Shown piece by piece: positions 59,858 through 64,000 of a stretch of 64,000 nucleotides of DNA; within the stretch, counting starts at the first letter, position 1, and every line of letters begins with the position of its first letter. The stretch spans positions 7,006,001 through 7,070,000 of the forward strand of contig NC_045717.1 of the NCBI RefSeq assembly GCF_009834535.1, given 5' to 3'. Below the pieces are notes generated by a model that saw only the letters and a program-made list of their open reading frames with translations, had not been told where the DNA came from and searched no databases. This stretch comes from Camelus ferus. Lineage: Eukaryota. The position numbers and the translations under genes were made by a program.

Positions 59858-61649
59858 CTTCGAAAGGCAGAAGGAGAACAACACACGTTTTTTTTTCACC
59901 GGGGGCAACAGCTTCGCCTAAAGGCTGAGCAACATGATCCCTGACCCTGTCCATCGACCCCCTGCTGCCCCCACATCAGGTATGGTGGGTACCTCCGACC
60001 GGGACCCCTGGAGCGCCCTGCCCCTTAGGCAGGGAGAGGAGCTGTCTGACACCTGTTCCCTGACCCCAGCGTCTCTTGACTACACTTGAAACCCAGAGCG
60101 CTCCAGCTGGAAGGGAGTTCTGCCCCTTGTGGCTTAAGAGCAGTGTGCCTTCTCCCCTCATCACCCACCTTCCTTTATCCCTCAGCTCCCTTGCCCAAGG
60201 CAGAATACAAAGCCGCACAGCCTCAGAGAAGCAGCAGTCTCTGGAATAAGGAGTCAGACGGACAGATGCATGTGAGCTCACACAGGTAGCGCGTGTGCAC
60301 ACACACACACACGCACACACACAATCCTGCCTTGGGGGATGTCAAGCTACTTCCTCCAAAATTTAAGTCAGAGGTCCCTTCCTCCAGGGCAAATATCTGG
60401 AGTGTCCCCTCCTCCCTGAGGGTATGGGGGTAAGGGAGTGCCCTGGCCACTTGAAGTGGGGAAGGGCTGGGGAGGGTTGGTTCAGATCCTGGGGAAAGGA
60501 GGCTGTCTGCATAATATTTCATTTTCCTCAATTGAGGCCACCAAGGCTGCAGGGTAACTAACTCCTAGAAGCCCGAAAGTCCCAATCAGGACCCAATACC
60601 CCCTGGTCCAGAGTGGGAGGCCCCATGCTAACCATCAATGCTCCACGGAGCCTCCCTCAGGATCAGGGGGAGGGAGGTGTCCAGAGCTGATCCTCAAAGT
60701 CCTGAATGAACAAGGACATCAAGTGGCCAAAGGGTGACTATCTCTTGATTAGGCTTACTGTGTCCAGACCCCTCCCTGGCCCTCTGCCATTCCACATTTT
60801 CTCACCAGTAGGGTGCTGTGTGACTTTGGTGGGCCATGTGCCCTCTCTGAGCTTGAATCCCTGTGCCTGATTCCCCCCACCCCCTTATACTGACTTATTT
60901 GCCTATGACCCCCCCCATTCTCACCCTCCCTCCCCTGACCCTTTGCTTCCCAGCACCTGCCCCTCCCTCACCCACAAAATTTTAATTTCAGTGACAAGGG
61001 ACTTGCTTCTCCATAACAAAAATCACAACCCTAAATACAGTATCCTTGGGGCCACGAAGAGTGTACCACAGTGCCCCTAAAATACACTAGGTATGATTTT
61101 CATAAAAAAAATTTTTTAAATATATACCCTGGTGCCTGCTGTGAAAATTAAAACCATCTGGAACTCAGGATTTCCAATAATTAATCTAGCCCTCCTTTGA
61201 CACCACTACTAATTAAAATATGATATCCCTTTCCAAGGGGAAAAAAAAAAAAGAAGAATTTACATAAAATTTAAAGATCTAACAAGAATTTAGTAATTCT
61301 AGGAACAAGGGAGGGGGCACATTCTTCTCTCCACCTTCCCCCATCCCTAGTAAACACTGAGTTGAGAATATTAACCAACCCTGTGATAGGGTGTTATAAG
61401 CCCTTCGCGCTCCCTGCTCCCCTTAATTCAGATTCTCTTAACTCTCCTGTTAGCTTGGTCCCTGGGAACCGAGGGCCAAACATCGCAGCAGTTCTGGGAC
61501 TTACTTTCTGTATCTCCTCACAAAGCTTAGGCCCCACATGGGAATGGGGGTTGTTGGGGGTCGGGAGGGTCCCCAGCTCCCAGGAGCTTCTGACCAAAGC
61601 AGCACGTGTAAGGGGAAAGGTGAGAGCTTTGGGACGCACGGAGATGGCT

Positions 61650-61800
61650 ATGAATCCCTGGCCCCACTTGCCGACCAAACCATATGACCTTGGGCCTGAG
61701 TTTCTTCATCTGTAAAATGGGGACGGTCATCCCTAATCTCCAGCACTTACTGTGAGGATTGCATACAATGATGCTGTAAAGGGCCTAGCATCCTGCTCTC
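61650..61800 (+). mobile_element. MIR
   Basis: TGACCTTGGGCCTGAGTTTCTTCATCTGTAAAATGGGG...TGTGAGGATTG. Confidence 0.75.
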
Positions 61801-63079
61801 AGAGGTTGGGTAGGTGAAACTCAGGAACTGTTTTTAACTTTCCTAACAACTGCAAAATAAAACTGCTTTCCTAGGGAAAAAAAAAAAAAATAGTGGGGGG
61901 AAAAATAAACCAGATGTGTGTAAGGGCAGAAGTGGAGCAGAACTTGCCTCCCTGAGACATGCCCTCTGTCCTGAACTTCCTCAGCATCCTCCGGGGTTGC
62001 AGGTATCCCACACTGTGAGTGCATCAGAAAATGCCTTAGGGTGGGATTCAGGGGTCTGATCCCATTTCTGGCATTGCCATCCTGGGTGTGTGACCTTGAG
62101 TACGCCACCTCCCGCTCTGAGCCTCAGTCTCCTTACCCATACAACGGGAAGGGGGCTTGACCCTATTCTGATCATCTCTGGGGTTGGAGATTGGCAGAGA
62201 TGGGGAGCTGAGAAGAGGGTGAGGCCCCAGGGTTGGGGCTCAGGCAACCCTAAGTGAGTCCAAGGGGGAAACTGCTCTGTCTGCCCTCTCCCAGCACCTG
62301 GGCCTCTCTCCTCAGAATAGCTCCAACTACAGGCTGGATCTGGCTCCCCTGTGAGGCTGCTGAAGTCACATATCCCCACGAGGTTGGGTATCTTTGTCCC
62401 CTTTTTACCGTGTGGGAAAGTGAGGTTCAGAGAAGCAACCCAGCAGGAGAGGCTGACATCAGGTCAGCCTGGCTCCTCCTGCTGGTGCCTGGGTCCCAGG
62501 CGAGGGCCCCCAGCTCTGGGGACACAGCTCAAAGCACAACCTTCATCTCTCATTAACCACAGCCCATCTCAAGGAGCCGTGGGCGTTTGCCTGAGCCATC
62601 CAAAGGGCCTGGGGCCGGGGCTGGACTGCACCTCACCCTCGCAAACCTAGCCGCCCCCACCCCAGTGTGGGAGGGTCTGCATCAGCCACTGCGCCAGGGG
62701 AGCCAGAAGTCTGTTCTCCCCCACTCGACCACAACAAGCCATGGAGTGACCTAGACTCCACTCAGCGCATGACATAATGAGGAGGGAGCTGGGCCAGAAT
62801 TATGTCAAGTCTTTGGGGAGTCATAGCCGCAGCAGTTCTCAGAAAGAGAGACTCCGCCCACCCAGAGCAGGTTTGCCCAGAGCCTGCCTGGTCCTCAGCA
62901 TCATGCTCCCCCCCAACCCCGCGTCTTATGACCCAAGCCCCCAAGATGCAGCTCTCAGGAGCTAGAAACCCCATCTCTGCTCAGTTCCGCCCTCATGTCT
63001 GTACCAGGCCAGGCAGGAGGGGCTGATGACATTATCTCGCCTCTCACCACCCTGGCCTCCCCTTCAGTCCGCACAATTC

Positions 63080-63705
63080 AGCGGCCTCCTCTCTCTGCTA
63101 CATTTGGCCCCAGAAGTCTCTCCTCTACACATTGGCCAGAAGATCCTCTTAAAATATAAAATTGATTGTGTCTCTTCCCTGCTAAAGCCTCCTGGGGATC
63201 TCCGACCCACCAAAAATCCAGGCTCTTTATGGGGACCCATAAGGGGCACGTGATCTGGCCCCTGCTGCCTGCCCCAACTTCCCACCCTCACTCACACAAG
63301 CCTCTTTGCTGTTCCTCCTTTAGTGCGCCAAGCACACTCCTACCTCAGGGCCTTTGCACTTTCCCTCAGCCTGGAGACTGCTTTGCCCAGACCATCCCAT
63401 AGTGGCTTCTCATCTCCTCGGTTGACATCTCAACTCAAATGTCACCTCCTCAAAGAGGCCTCCCCTGGCCACGCTATCCAATGTCATACCACACTCCCAG
63501 TCTAGCTCTACCCATCCCCGGCTCCATTTTCCTCAGAGCTCTTCTCTAAGTTGTCTTATTTGCTACCTTTTCTATTGTCTGTCTCTACCCACCGGAAGGT
63601 AAGCTCCATGAGGGCAGGACCTTAACTGTCTCATTCACCACTGAGATTTCCAGCACCTAGTCCGTACCTGGCTCATAGTAAATGACCGACAAGGAAATTT
63701 TAGTA
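63080..63705 (+). mobile_element. L2 3' fragment in the upstream FGF18 intron
   Basis: CAGGGCCTTTGCAC...CTCAAATGTCACCTCCTCAAAGAGGCCTCCCCTGGCC...GTAAGCTCCATGAGGGCAGGAC...CCTGGCTCATAGTA. Confidence 0.82.
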
Positions 63706-64000
63706 AATGCATAAAGGGACTGGTGAGTTAGTTATGAGTAATGCTATTTAAAAGTTAAAGACAATGAGATTCAGGGAGGTAAAAGGATTGCCCACGGGCA
63801 CATAAAGTTCAAACCCATTCTCTGATCCCATGGTCAGTGCCCTTAGCAACTCTGCTCTTCCCACCCTCTACCTGCACTGTTACTCCTGACTCACACTAGA
63901 ACTCTGCTCTCCCTCACACCCAGCCCCAGCCTCAAGGTTACTATCACATATTCTGACTTGCTGTGTGACAAGGGGAAAAACCCCTGTCCTTCTCTGGGCC

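Larger units (their letters stand above)
59858..64000 (-). other. FGF18: FGF18 preceding intron (partial; upstream exons outside the window)
   Basis: No FGF18 N-terminal sequence (signal peptide, earlier strands) in any ORF between 59858 and 64000; the region is repeats plus unique non-coding DNA. Confidence 0.88.

Noticed and set aside
59313-59954. 213-aa ORF containing FGF18 residues
   Set aside because: Only 59751-59857 is FGF18. The rest is intron read-through across a consensus donor, including CVCVCV from the microsatellite.
60526-60537. 12-bp palindrome CCTCAATTGAGG and other isolated short palindromes
   Set aside because: About 16 perfect 12-bp palindromes are expected by chance in 64 kb of random sequence; only those inside motif clusters were reported.
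1-64000. CRISPR arrays, rRNA, snRNA/7SL/Y RNA copies, processed pseudogenes, intact ERV internal genes, or a novel multi-gene system
   Set aside because: None seen. There is no regularly spaced repeat-spacer structure and no recognisable structural RNA or additional protein homology; the window reads as an ordinary developmental-gene 3' region.

Overview
This is mammalian genomic DNA, most likely camelid. The basis is three tRNA-derived SINEs of the GGGGAGGGTATAGCTCA...GGTTCAATCCCCAGTACCTCC type and no ruminant Bov/CHR-2 or pig PRE SINEs that I could see; this is recalled family knowledge, not a database search. The only protein-coding gene is the 3' part of FGF18 on the minus strand: penultimate coding exon 59751-59857 (107 nt), last coding exon 52581-52847 (88 codons + TAG), a 6.9-kb final intron containing a strong CpG island (~57700-58370), and a 3'UTR broken by two N gaps. 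Upstream exons lie beyond position 64000. Positions 1 to ~51700 are downstream intergenic DNA dominated by old repeats (MIR, L2, MLT/ERVL LTRs, hAT and Tigger DNA transposons, old L1). There are also a few younger insertions with readable target-site duplications, including a 5'-inverted (twin-primed) L1. There are five assembly gaps of 161-223 N. I found no evidence for a new gene or an undescribed biological system; the other ORFs in the track look like chance ORFs in GC-rich or repetitive DNA. The best leads are regulatory hypotheses: the intragenic CpG island, a consensus CTCF site at 30904, dense motif clusters in non-repeat DNA (24600-24690, 42900-43100, 46950-47235, 19280-19530), UG repeats flanking the penultimate exon on the pre-mRNA, and an AU-rich nonamer in the 3'UTR. 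All motif calls were read by eye and need conservation or chromatin data. Repeat boundaries are approximate unless a TSD is quoted.
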